64,000 bases of DNA, taken from positions 449,549 through 513,548 of the forward strand of contig CAWHFZ010000006.1 in assembly GCA_963828745.1 (NCBI GenBank), read 5' to 3'. Each line of letters opens with the position of its first letter. The first letter of the stretch is position 1. Origin of the DNA: Vicinamibacteria bacterium. Lineage in GTDB: Bacteria; Acidobacteriota; Vicinamibacteria; Vicinamibacterales; JAENWD01. The position numbers and the translations under genes are program-made. The notes under the pieces were generated by a model. That model saw only the letters and a list, made by a program, of their open reading frames with translations, ran no database searches and was not told the DNA's origin. Positions 9,707 to 18,800 of the stretch are shown piece after piece.

Positions 9707-12529
9707 ATGAGGCTCGTATTTCGCGTGGTGTGCGCTTGCCTGGCGCTTTCGCTGTCGCCGGCCGCCTTTGGGCAGCAGGCGGTCGATTACGGAAGTATCG
9801 GCGGTCAGGTCACGGATCCCTCGGGAGGAGTGGTGCAGGGCGCGCGAGTCAGCGCGCGCCACGGCGACACGAACGTGACGACGACAACGGCCACGGACCG
9901 CGAAGGCCGATTCCGGTTTCCCTTTTTGAAGGTCGGCACCTATGAAATCGTCGTGCGTCAGGCCGGGTTCCGCGAGGCCATGCAGCGGGTGTCGCTCGCG
10001 GCGGGATCCGCGTTCCAGCTACCGATCGCGCTCGACGTCGGCGAACTGGACGCACGGGTGACCGTCACGGCGCACGACACGACGATCGACGCGGCGCGGA
10101 GTCAGATCGCGACCACGGTTCCCGAAGCGGAGGTAGGGAATCTCCCGCTCAACGGACGCAACTTCCTGGAGATTGCGCTGCTCGTCCCGGGTGTCGCACC
10201 GACGAACGTGGGCAGCACACAGGTGTTTCCCGAGACGTCTGCCGTCCCGGGTGTCACGCTGTCGGTCAACGGCCAGCGGAACCTGTCGAACAATTTCATC
10301 GTCGACGGCCTTTCAGCCAACGACGACGCGGCGGCGTTGAGCGGCATTACGTACGGCGTCGATGCCATCGAACAGTTTCAGGTGGTGACGTCAGGGGGAC
10401 AAGCCGAGCTCGGACGCGCGCTCGGCGGATACGTCAACGTCGTCACGCGCAGCGGCACGAACCTGTTGCGCGGCACCGTCTACGACTTCGTGCGCGACGA
10501 TCGGTTCAATGCGAGCAACCCGCTTTCCGGCACGAAGCTGCCGATGGACCAGTCGCAGTATGGCGCGAGCGCCGGAGGTCCGCTGGTCAAGGATCGGACG
10601 TTCTACTTCGCGAACGTCGAGCAGCGGCGGCTCGACCAGTCGGGCCTGACGACGATCTCGCCCGGCAACGTCAGCGCGATCAACGCGCGGCTCACGGCGG
10701 TCGGGTACCAGGGCCCGCAGGTGACGACCGGTACTTATCCGAATCCTCTGGACTCGACCAACCTGCTTGGCAAGATTGACCATCAAATCAGCGGCCGCGA
10801 TCAGTTGACGGTCCGCTACGCGCTCTACGACGTGAGTTCCGACAATTCTCGCGGCGCGGGTGCCTTGAACGCCCCCAGCGCGTCCTCCGCGCTCGACAAC
10901 CGCGATCAGACCGTTTCTGCCGGCAACACGCTGACGATTTCGGACCGAACGGTTCTCGAAACGCGAGTGCAGTTCGCCAACAGCAACCTCAAAGCGCCGC
11001 CAACGGATCCCGTCGGTCCCGCAGTCAGCATCGCGGGCGTGGCATCGTTCGGCACGCTATCGAGCAGCCCGACCGCCAGAATCAACCGGCTCGTACAGGT
11101 CATCAACAGCCTGTCGCATCAGGCCGGCTCTCACGCCCTGAGAATCGGCGCAGACTTCCTGTACAACGACGACCGCATCACGTTCCCGCGGGCGTACCGC
11201 GGCGGCTATACCTTCTCATCGCTGCCGAACTTTCTGAGCGGGATCTACAACAACGCAGGATTTACACAAACCTTCGGTGAGACCGCTGTTCATCAGACCA
11301 ATCCCAATCTGGGGATGTATGCGCAAGACGAATGGAAGCTGGCTTCGAATCTGACACTGAATCTCGGCGTTCGCTTCGATCTGCAGTATCTCGAGACCAT
11401 CGACGCTGACGCCAACAACGTCTCGCCACGCGTCGGCCTTGCCTGGTCGCCGTTTCAATCGCGGCGGACGCTGGTGCGAGCGAGCTCCGGGCTGTTCTAC
11501 GACCGCGTGCCGCTCCGCGCGGTGGCGAACGCGTTACTCTCCGCAGGCAACACGACGGACCTGTCCCAGTTGCGTCAGATCGCCGTGAGCCTGTCTCCAT
11601 CGCAAGCCGGTGCGCCCGTGTTCCCCGCGATCCTGAGCGGCGTGGTGCCTTCAGTGACGTTGCCAAACCTCACAACCATGGATCGCGATCTGCAGAACGC
11701 GTTCTCGCGACAGGCGAGCGTGGAAGTCGAACAGCAGATCGGCGACGGCACGACAGTGACGTTTGGCTATCAGTATCTGCGCGGCCGCGATCTGCTGATG
11801 TCCATCAACCAGAACGTGCCGTCCTGCGTGCCGACGGGCACGAACAACGGCTGCCGGCCAAATCCTTCGTACGGCAACAACAATCAGTATTCAGCCGCTG
11901 GTGACTCGCGGTACCACGGGCTGTACGTTTCCTGGTTGCAGCGACCGGCGCGCTGGGGCAGCTATCGCGTTTCGTACACGCTGTCGACTGCGCGGAACAA
12001 CGTCGGCGAGTTCTTCTTCAGCTCGCCGATCGATCCGTTCGATCTCTCGAAGGACTGGGGCCGCTCGGACGACGATCAACGTCATCGGCTGGTGATGAAC
12101 GGCACCGTGCAAACGTCGAGCGCACCAGCGGCCACGGTCTGGGAACGGATCAGTCACGGGTTCCAGCTCAGTGGCACGGTGCAAGCATATTCTTCGCTGC
12201 CGTTCAACGTCACGTCCGGCGTCACCACCGTTCAGGGCACCGCGGGCCGCCCGATCGTGGATGGCGTATTCATCCCGCGGAACGCAGGCGTCGGCAGTCG
12301 CTTCTTCAGCGTCAGCGCGCGGATCAGCCGTACGTTCCATGTCGGCGACCGCCTCGAACTCGAGGGCCTTGCGGAAGTGTTCAATCTGACGAATCACGAA
12401 AACGTCGTCAGCCGGAATAGCAATTTCGGGCCGGGCATGTATCCCACGAACCCGCTTCCCTCGTTCGGCCAGACCACGGCCGTCGGCGAGCCGCGGTCGA
12501 TGCAGTTGGGAGTGCGGATGCGGTTTTGA
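9707..12529 (+). CDS. TonB-dependent receptor with carboxypeptidase-regulatory-like domain (intact)
   Basis: Internal ATG at 9707. A signal peptide (MRLVFRVVCACLALSLSPAAFGQQ) is followed by GGQVTDPSGGVVQGARVSA. Plug and barrel text is present and the C-terminus is ...MQLGVRMRF. Confidence 0.9.
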   Translation: MRLVFRVVCACLALSLSPAAFGQQAVDYGSIGGQVTDPSGGVVQGARVSARHGDTNVTTTTATDREGRFRFPFLKVGTYEIVVRQAGFREAMQRVSLAAGSAFQLPIALDVGELDARVTVTAHDTTIDAARSQIATTVPEAEVGNLPLNGRNFLEIALLVPGVAPTNVGSTQVFPETSAVPGVTLSVNGQRNLSNNFIVDGLSANDDAAALSGITYGVDAIEQFQVVTSGGQAELGRALGGYVNVVTRSGTNLLRGTVYDFVRDDRFNASNPLSGTKLPMDQSQYGASAGGPLVKDRTFYFANVEQRRLDQSGLTTISPGNVSAINARLTAVGYQGPQVTTGTYPNPLDSTNLLGKIDHQISGRDQLTVRYALYDVSSDNSRGAGALNAPSASSALDNRDQTVSAGNTLTISDRTVLETRVQFANSNLKAPPTDPVGPAVSIAGVASFGTLSSSPTARINRLVQVINSLSHQAGSHALRIGADFLYNDDRITFPRAYRGGYTFSSLPNFLSGIYNNAGFTQTFGETAVHQTNPNLGMYAQDEWKLASNLTLNLGVRFDLQYLETIDADANNVSPRVGLAWSPFQSRRTLVRASSGLFYDRVPLRAVANALLSAGNTTDLSQLRQIAVSLSPSQAGAPVFPAILSGVVPSVTLPNLTTMDRDLQNAFSRQASVEVEQQIGDGTTVTFGYQYLRGRDLLMSINQNVPSCVPTGTNNGCRPNPSYGNNNQYSAAGDSRYHGLYVSWLQRPARWGSYRVSYTLSTARNNVGEFFFSSPIDPFDLSKDWGRSDDDQRHRLVMNGTVQTSSAPAATVWERISHGFQLSGTVQAYSSLPFNVTSGVTTVQGTAGRPIVDGVFIPRNAGVGSRFFSVSARISRTFHVGDRLELEGLAEVFNLTNHENVVSRNSNFGPGMYPTNPLPSFGQTTAVGEPRSMQLGVRMRF

Positions 12530-12552
12530 TGCGGACCGACTGAGGTCCGAAT

Positions 12553-13395
12553 CTACCGCGCCCTTGGCAGCCTGCTGACGCGTCTGGCGCAGTCGCGGAA
12601 CGCCGCGCTGTCGCGCCGTCCCGTCGTCTTCACGGCCTGCCGGCGGCGCAGATCGGCCAGCCGCTCGTCGACCGCCGGGTGCGTCGATAAAAACACATCT
12701 ACCGTCGACGGTGCGTTGCGGGCGCGCACCCGGACGATCTCGAGGAACTCGGCGAGGCCTCGCGGATCCCAGCCGGCACGTTTCAGAAGATCCGTTCCCA
12801 GGCGGTCTGCTTCACGCTCATCGTCCCGAGAGAACCCGAAGAAGACGCCCGTCGCCATCGTGCGCGCGGCGGCATCCGACGTCACCGCGCCGCCCACATT
12901 GCCGAGGAGCGCGCTCAGGAATCCGAGCCCGGCGCGCGCGACCGCGGCGTTCGACACCTGCCGGGCGGCGTGCCGCAGCGCCACATGCGCCACTTCATGC
13001 GCGAGAACACCAGCCAGTTGCGACTCGTTGCGCGCCGCGTGCAGCGCGCCACGATTGATCCAGATGTAGCCGCCCGGCAGCGCCAACGCGTTCAGCTCTG
13101 CATGGTCGCCGACCGTGAACGTGTATCGGTACTTCGGACCGCCCGCACGGGCCGCGAGCCGGCGCCCGATGCCCGCCACGTACTGCTCGATCGCTGGATC
13201 GGAGACGAGCGGCACGTCCTTCCGCATCGCCGCCTGCGCTTCACGTCCCCAGCGAGATTCTTCTTCTACCGACATCAGCACGAATGCCGACAGCGTCGGT
13301 GACAACAGCAGGCACACGAACAGTGCCGCGGTGCTGCAGTGCCACAGTGCTGCCGTGCTCCAGGGCCGCAGCGCGGCGGCGCTACCATCCATCAT
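12553..13395 (-). CDS. M48 family zinc metallopeptidase
   Basis: The internal start MMDGS at 13395 overlaps the upstream stop by 1 nt. HEVAH zinc motif and a hydrophobic N-terminus are present. Confidence 0.85.
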   Translation of the reverse strand: MMDGSAAALRPWSTAALWHCSTAALFVCLLLSPTLSAFVLMSVEEESRWGREAQAAMRKDVPLVSDPAIEQYVAGIGRRLAARAGGPKYRYTFTVGDHAELNALALPGGYIWINRGALHAARNESQLAGVLAHEVAHVALRHAARQVSNAAVARAGLGFLSALLGNVGGAVTSDAAARTMATGVFFGFSRDDEREADRLGTDLLKRAGWDPRGLAEFLEIVRVRARNAPSTVDVFLSTHPAVDERLADLRRRQAVKTTGRRDSAAFRDCARRVSRLPRAR

Positions 13396-14330
13396 CAGAC
13401 GCGCGGCGCCGGCGCGGCCGGCGCCTCCTGGGGCCGACCTCGTCGAATGCGACTGTACGCGGCGGTGAACTCGACGCCGTAGAGAAGAATGAACGCCGAG
13501 ATGTAGACCCAGATCAGGAAGACGACAACCGCGCCAATCGATCCGTGGATGCTGTAGCGCGACAAGTCGCGGACGTACCACGAGAATCCGGCAAAGGCAC
13601 CCCGCCACAGCAGGCCCGTGAGCACGGCGCCGACCCAGACGTCGCGGAAGCGCACTTTCGCGTTGGGCACGAAGTAGAACACCAGCCCGACGCTGACGAT
13701 CAGGCCGACGGTCGCCGCCCAGTTGACGCCGAAACTGCGCAGCGTCATCAGACTGGGATGCCGGCTCGCGATCGCGAAGAACCAATGCGCGCCGACGACC
13801 TGCGCCGCGCTGAACAGCATCATCATCAGCGCCAGCAGCCCGCAGGCGGCCACCAGCATCAGGAACGCCACCAGCTTCTGTTTCAGATAGCTTCGCTGCC
13901 GCTCTACCTTCCACGCGTGGTTAACTGCCGAGGTCACGGCACTGAAGAACCCGAGCGCCGCCCAGATCAGGGCGAGACCGCCGACGACGCCGAGCGGCAC
14001 GCGGGTGCGCTGGAGCGCTTCGAGCTGAGAGGCGACAAAGTCGAGCCGCGTCGGGAAGTAGCGCAAGACGAACGACAGGGTCGAGGCGCGCGCTTCGGCG
14101 CTCGACGACAGGAACCCGAGCACCGAAATCAGCAGCAGGAGAAACGGGAAGAGCGACAGCAGCGCGTAGTAGGCGATGGCCGCGGCGTGGGTGGGATCTT
14201 CGCTGTTATAAAGGCTGACGATGCCGCGCCAGGCCGACTGCGCGGAAAGCTGGACCACCCGCTGGGCGCGAACGAGCAGTGCGAACAGGAAGCGGCGCAG
14301 GTGCGCCGCGCGGGGTACGAACGCGGACAT
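13395..14330 (-). CDS. YihY/BrkB family membrane protein
   Basis: 311-aa polytopic membrane protein with the AAIAYYALLSLFPFLLLL signature typical of the YihY family. Confidence 0.85.
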   Translation of the reverse strand: MSAFVPRAAHLRRFLFALLVRAQRVVQLSAQSAWRGIVSLYNSEDPTHAAAIAYYALLSLFPFLLLLISVLGFLSSSAEARASTLSFVLRYFPTRLDFVASQLEALQRTRVPLGVVGGLALIWAALGFFSAVTSAVNHAWKVERQRSYLKQKLVAFLMLVAACGLLALMMMLFSAAQVVGAHWFFAIASRHPSLMTLRSFGVNWAATVGLIVSVGLVFYFVPNAKVRFRDVWVGAVLTGLLWRGAFAGFSWYVRDLSRYSIHGSIGAVVVFLIWVYISAFILLYGVEFTAAYSRIRRGRPQEAPAAPAPRV

Positions 14331-14345
14331 CCCGCCGCTCGTGTC

Positions 14346-14585
14346 TTACCGCCCCGGACCCCGGGCCGATACCTCCCGCAGCGTACGCCAGCTTTCCGAG
14401 GCCGCACGTTCGGCACGCTGCGCGCTGTCGCGCAGCCGTTCGGCGCCGGCGGCGATGTCCTCGACAAGCGGCTCGAGCCGGGCGCGCAAGCGGCGTCCGT
14501 CTTCGGTCAGAAGGAACCAGCTGGCGACGCCACCAACCGCCGCCCCGGCGACCAGCCCGATCAGCACCGCCGTCTTGTCACGCAT
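14346..14585 (-). CDS. YtxH-like small membrane-anchored protein
   Basis: 79-aa ORF with an N-terminal glycine-rich helix (LIGLVAGAAVGGVASWFL) followed by a charged helical tail. Its start overlaps the upstream gene's end by 8 nt. Confidence 0.55.
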   Translation of the reverse strand: MRDKTAVLIGLVAGAAVGGVASWFLLTEDGRRLRARLEPLVEDIAAGAERLRDSAQRAERAASESWRTLREVSARGPGR

Positions 14586-16050
14586 GCTCGCCCCCCGTCA
14601 CCGCACGCGGGCCGCGGCTGGCGGTTCGCGGCGCGACCATCCGCGCGGGGACGCGCCGTCCGCGTCCCTCGTCGCGAATTTTGTGCTTTCGCATCTTGCT
14701 GTACAGCGTCGGGCGATACAAGCCGAGCTGAGCAGCGGCTTCCTGCTTGTTCCAGTTCGTCCGATCGAGCGCCTGGACGATCGCGATCCGCTCGATCTCC
14801 GCCAGGGTCCGATGCGGCGGAATCACGAAATCGCCTGCCGGCCCCGCTTCCTCGCGCAAAGAATCGGGCAGGTCGGCGGGCGTGACTTCGTTTCCCTTGG
14901 CGACGAGCACCGCGCGTTCGATCGCGTTTTCCAGCTCGCGGACGTTCCCCGGCCAGCGGCTCCTGATCAAGAGATGGTAGGCGGACGGTCCGATCGTGCG
15001 AACGCTCCGCTGGTAGCGCTGCCGGAACCGATCGAGGAAGTGGTCGCAGAGGAGCGGAATGTCCTCCGTGCGCTCGCGGAGCGCGGGCACGCGCAAGGTG
15101 ATGGTGTTGATGCGGAAGTACAGATCCTCGCGCAACCGGCCGTCCTTCAGCGCCGCCTCAACGTCCACGTTCGTCGCGCAAATGAGGCGGAAATCCACGC
15201 GGAGCACGCGATCGCTGCCGACCGGACGATACTCGCGCTCCTGCAAGACCCGCAACAGCTTCGTCTGGAGATACGGTGGCATCTCGCCGATCTCATCCAG
15301 CAGGAGCGACCCGCCCTGCGCCTCCGACAACAGACCGTCCTTGTCGCTGAACGCGCCGGTGAACGAACCCTTGCGGTAGCCGAAGAGCTCCGATTCGATC
15401 AGATCCTTCGGGATCGCCGCGCAGTTGATCTTGACGAATGGCCCTTTGGTGCGGCGGCTGTTGTAATGCAGGGCATTCGCAATCAGCTCCTTGCCGGTAC
15501 CGTTCTCGCCCTCGATCAGAACGTTGGCCTCCGAGTCGGCGACGGCGGCGACGAGATCGAACAGCTCACGCATCCGGCGGCTGCGCCCGATGATGTTTTC
15601 GAACTGGTAGCGATCGCGGAGCTGGCGCTTGAGAGCGAGGTTTTCGGCTTCGAGATCGGTCCGCTCGATGGCGCGGCTCAGCATCGCGACGACGGTGTCG
15701 GCGTCGATGGGCTTCTCGAGAAAGTACGAGGCGCCCGCCTTGATGGCCTCGACCGCCCGCGGGATGCTGCCCTGTCCGCTGATGACCAGGACTTCAGTGC
15801 GCGGCTGCAGGTTCTTCAGTCGACCGACGAGCTCGGCGCCGCTGACGTCGGGCAGCACGAGATCGACCAACGCCGCATCCGGCAACCACGCCGCGAACAG
15901 TTCTTCGGCTTCCGCGCCGCGGGTCGCGACGCGTGTCTCATAGCCGGCGCGAGCGACGACGGTGGCCAGCCAGTCGGCCATATCGGGCTCGTCGTCCACG
16001 ACGAGGACGCGCCGCGTCCGGGTGATGCTCATGACCTTGGGTGTCGTCAA
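14578..16050 (-). CDS. Sigma-54-dependent Fis-family response regulator (NtrC-like)
   Basis: Domain order is REC (VLVVDDEPD...DLVLPD), AAA+ (GENGTGKE, GSFTGAF, ESELFGY) and a C-terminal HTH (AAAQLGLYRPTLYSKM). Confidence 0.9.
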   Translation of the reverse strand: MTTPKVMSITRTRRVLVVDDEPDMADWLATVVARAGYETRVATRGAEAEELFAAWLPDAALVDLVLPDVSGAELVGRLKNLQPRTEVLVISGQGSIPRAVEAIKAGASYFLEKPIDADTVVAMLSRAIERTDLEAENLALKRQLRDRYQFENIIGRSRRMRELFDLVAAVADSEANVLIEGENGTGKELIANALHYNSRRTKGPFVKINCAAIPKDLIESELFGYRKGSFTGAFSDKDGLLSEAQGGSLLLDEIGEMPPYLQTKLLRVLQEREYRPVGSDRVLRVDFRLICATNVDVEAALKDGRLREDLYFRINTITLRVPALRERTEDIPLLCDHFLDRFRQRYQRSVRTIGPSAYHLLIRSRWPGNVRELENAIERAVLVAKGNEVTPADLPDSLREEAGPAGDFVIPPHRTLAEIERIAIVQALDRTNWNKQEAAAQLGLYRPTLYSKMRKHKIRDEGRGRRVPARMVAPRTASRGPRAVTGGEHA

Positions 16051-16172
16051 GCTGATGTCGCCTGTCGATACTGGACTGTAGCATGGCGCCGAAAGCTTTT
16101 CATACAGAATGACGGTCTTGTGTCGAAGAACCCGACGTTTGTGTGCAATCGCGGCGACTTCCGTGAGGTCGG

Positions 16173-16178
16173 TATAAT
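16173..16178 (+). promoter_or_regulatory. Candidate -10 element (perfect TATAAT) ahead of the liu-type operon
   Basis: A perfect TATAAT lies in GC-rich DNA, 7 nt upstream of an in-frame ATG at 16186. No convincing -35 was found. Confidence 0.25.
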
Positions 16179-16377
16179 GCGCGCCATGGCTGATGCTCCG
16201 GACCCAAGCCGGCCCATCCTGACCAGAATCCGGCCGCTTCTTACCGATCCCGACCCTCAGACCCCCGGTTCGTCAGCCATGCTGTGCGAGCGCTGCGGCG
16301 GCGGAAACGTCTATCGAATGCACGCCGTCTGGCGCTGTGCCGACTGCGGTTTCAAGACCGACTGCTGCGGCTGGTAG
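16177..16377 (+). CDS. Small zinc-ribbon protein (hypothetical). The start is uncertain (16177, 16186 or 16279).
   Basis: The C-terminal 32 aa read [32 protein letters not shown], with CxxC...CxxC pairs. Third-position GC is high. It ends 8 nt before the carboxylase gene. Confidence 0.4.
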   Translation: MRAMADAPDPSRPILTRIRPLLTDPDPQTPGSSAMLCERCGGGNVYRMHAVWRCADCGFKTDCCGW

Positions 16378-16385
16378 GCTCGCAC

Positions 16386-17993
16386 ATGGAGCAGCTGATC
16401 AGCGCGATCCGGCCGGACAGCGCCGAGTTCGCCGCGAATCGTGCACACATGCTTACCGAGGTCGAGCGGCTTCGCGACGCGCGGGCCCGCGTCCGCGCCG
16501 GTGGAGGCCCGAAAGCGCTCGAACGACACACGTCGCTCGGCAAGCTGCCGGTGCGTGAGCGGATCGAACGGCTCCTGGATCCGGCGTCGCCGTTTCTGGA
16601 ACTGGCGCCGCTGGCCGCGTGGGGAATGTACGAGGACGACGCCCCGGGTGCCGGCATCGTCACCGGCGTCGGCCGCGTTCAGGGCCGCGACGTGATGATC
16701 GTGGCCAACGACGCCACGGTGAAGGGCGGCACCTACTACCCCATCACCGTGCGCAAGCACCTGCGCGCGCAAGACGTGGCGCAGGCGAACCGCCTGCCCT
16801 GTATCTACCTGGTGGACTCGGGCGGCGCTTTCCTCCCGCTACAGGCAGACGTTTTCCCCGATCGCGAGCATTTCGGGCGAATCTTTTACAACCAGGCACG
16901 GATGTCGGCGGAGGGAATCGCGCAGATTGCCATCGTCATGGGATCGTGCACCGCCGGCGGCGCCTACGTCCCGGCGATGTCCGATGAGACGGTCATCGTC
17001 AAAGGGACGGGGACGATCTTTCTTGGCGGCCCGCCGCTCGTGAAGGCCGCGACCGGCGAGGATGTCACTGCCGAGGAACTCGGGGGTGCGACCGTTCACA
17101 CGACGCAGTCCGGCGTCGCCGACTATTTCGCCGAGGACGACGTACACGCGCTCGAGCTGGCCCGAACGATCGTCTCGACCTTGCATACCCCGCCGCCCGC
17201 GCCGTTTGACGTGACGACGCCGGAACCGCCGAAGTACGACATCCAGGAGCTCTACGGCATCGTTCCCAGCGATCTGCGACGCCAATACGATGTGCGGGAA
17301 GTGGTCGCGCGACTGGTCGACGGCTCGCGATTCGATGAGTTCAAGGCACGCTATGCGACGACGGTCGTCACAGGTTTCGCGCGCCTGCACGGCATGCTCG
17401 TGGGCATTGTCGCGAACAACGGCGTGCTCTTTTCCGAGTCCGCCTTGAAGGCCACGCACTTCATCGAACTCTGCAACCAGCGCGGCGTGCCGCTGATCTT
17501 CCTGCAGAACATCACCGGCTTCATCGTAGGACGACAATATGAGCGGGCAGGAATCGCCAAGGACGGAGCGAAACTGGTACATGCTGTGGCCAACAGCGTG
17601 GTGCCGAAGTTCACCGTCATCATCGGTGGCTCGTTCGGTGCCGGCAATTACGGCATGTGCGGGCGCGCGTACGAGCCACGGTGGCTCTGGATGTGGCCCA
17701 ATGCCCGAATCTCGGTGATGGGAGGGGAACAAGCGGCAGGGGTGCTCGCCACTGTGAAACGCGACCAGCTGGCGCGTGAGGGGAAAGAACTTTCGCAGGA
17801 GGACGAGACGGCGATTCGCGGCCCGATCCTGGAAAAGTACGAGCGCGAAGGCTCGCCGTACCACTCCACCGCACGCCTGTGGGACGACGGCATTCTCGAC
17901 CCTGTCGAGACGCGCGATGCGCTGGGCCTGGCCCTGGCTGCCGCGTGGAATGTGCCGATTCTCTCGCCACGTTATGGCGTGTTCCGGATGTAG
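16386..17993 (+). CDS. Methylcrotonyl-CoA carboxylase beta subunit (carboxyltransferase)
   Basis: Internal ATG at 16386. Carboxyl-transferase family text runs throughout ([15 protein letters not shown]...[14 protein letters not shown]...[16 protein letters not shown]). Confidence 0.9.
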   Translation: MEQLISAIRPDSAEFAANRAHMLTEVERLRDARARVRAGGGPKALERHTSLGKLPVRERIERLLDPASPFLELAPLAAWGMYEDDAPGAGIVTGVGRVQGRDVMIVANDATVKGGTYYPITVRKHLRAQDVAQANRLPCIYLVDSGGAFLPLQADVFPDREHFGRIFYNQARMSAEGIAQIAIVMGSCTAGGAYVPAMSDETVIVKGTGTIFLGGPPLVKAATGEDVTAEELGGATVHTTQSGVADYFAEDDVHALELARTIVSTLHTPPPAPFDVTTPEPPKYDIQELYGIVPSDLRRQYDVREVVARLVDGSRFDEFKARYATTVVTGFARLHGMLVGIVANNGVLFSESALKATHFIELCNQRGVPLIFLQNITGFIVGRQYERAGIAKDGAKLVHAVANSVVPKFTVIIGGSFGAGNYGMCGRAYEPRWLWMWPNARISVMGGEQAAGVLATVKRDQLAREGKELSQEDETAIRGPILEKYEREGSPYHSTARLWDDGILDPVETRDALGLALAAAWNVPILSPRYGVFRM

Positions 17994-17996
17994 CGA

Positions 17997-18791
17997 ATGG
18001 GATTCAAGTATCTCGACATCCGGCGCGACGGACCGATCGAGCGGCTCGTGCTCAATCGCCCGGAGGTGCGCAACGCGTTCAACGAGGGCATGATCGCCGA
18101 ACTCACCTGGTGGGCGAACTCGGTGTCATGCGATGGCTCGGTTCGTCTCGTCGTTCTCGAGGGCGCCGGCCCGACCTTCTGCGCCGGCGCCGATCTCGAG
18201 TGGATGGGACGAATGGCAGGCTTCACGCACGATCAGAACGTGGACGATGCGAGCGAGATGGCACGGATGTTCCAGGCGCTCGATCGTCTGCCCGTGCCGG
18301 TCATCGGCCGCGTCCACGGCGCCGCCCTCGGCGGTGGGGCCGGCCTTGCCGCGATCTGCGACATCGTTGTCGCCTCGGAGAACACGCTGTTTGGATTCAC
18401 CGAGGTTCGTCTGGGGCTGATCCCGGCGGTCATCGCGCCTTTTGTGGTCGCCAAGATCGGACGCTCGTTCACCGGCGAGCTCTTTCTCACTGCGGAGCGG
18501 TTCGACGCCGCGCGCGCTCACGCGTTGGGACTGGTGCACAAGGTCGTGGCCGATGACGGGCTCGATACCGCGGTCGCCGCTTACGCGCACGAGATCATGC
18601 AGGGCGCGCCCGGCGCTCTGTGCGCGGCCAAGCACCTGCTCGCAGAGATCGGCCGCCGCGGACCGACCGACGTCGCGTCGCTCTGCGCCGAAGCGATCGC
18701 CAGCCGGCGAAACTCCGCGGAGGGCCAGGAAGGGATGCGCGCGTTCCTGGAGAAACGAAAGCCATCCTGGATTACCGATCGCACACCGTAG
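17997..18791 (+). CDS. Enoyl-CoA hydratase family (methylglutaconyl-CoA hydratase-like)
   Basis: Crotonase fold motifs (FCAGADL, GAALGGGAGLA) and its position between the two carboxylase subunits. Confidence 0.9.
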   Translation: MGFKYLDIRRDGPIERLVLNRPEVRNAFNEGMIAELTWWANSVSCDGSVRLVVLEGAGPTFCAGADLEWMGRMAGFTHDQNVDDASEMARMFQALDRLPVPVIGRVHGAALGGGAGLAAICDIVVASENTLFGFTEVRLGLIPAVIAPFVVAKIGRSFTGELFLTAERFDAARAHALGLVHKVVADDGLDTAVAAYAHEIMQGAPGALCAAKHLLAEIGRRGPTDVASLCAEAIASRRNSAEGQEGMRAFLEKRKPSWITDRTP

Positions 18792-18800
18792 ATACGCACC

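Noticed and set aside
12532-12549. cggacc-gactga-ggtccg hairpin after the intact TonB receptor, considered as a terminator.
   Set aside because: It has only a 6-bp stem and no U-tract. It is too weak to call from sequence alone.
16081-16100. tGGcgccgaaaGCtttt considered as a sigma-54 -24/-12 promoter next to the NtrC-like gene.
   Set aside because: The GG and GC elements are separated by 8 nt rather than the canonical 10. The flanking bases do not match TGGCAC/TTGC.
13284-16377. Long plus-strand ORFs 13284..14885 and 14221..16377.
   Set aside because: They are antisense to the well-supported YihY, YtxH-like and NtrC-like genes and are low-complexity Arg/Ala/Pro text. Only the last ~66 codons of the second ORF are kept, as a tentative mini-gene.
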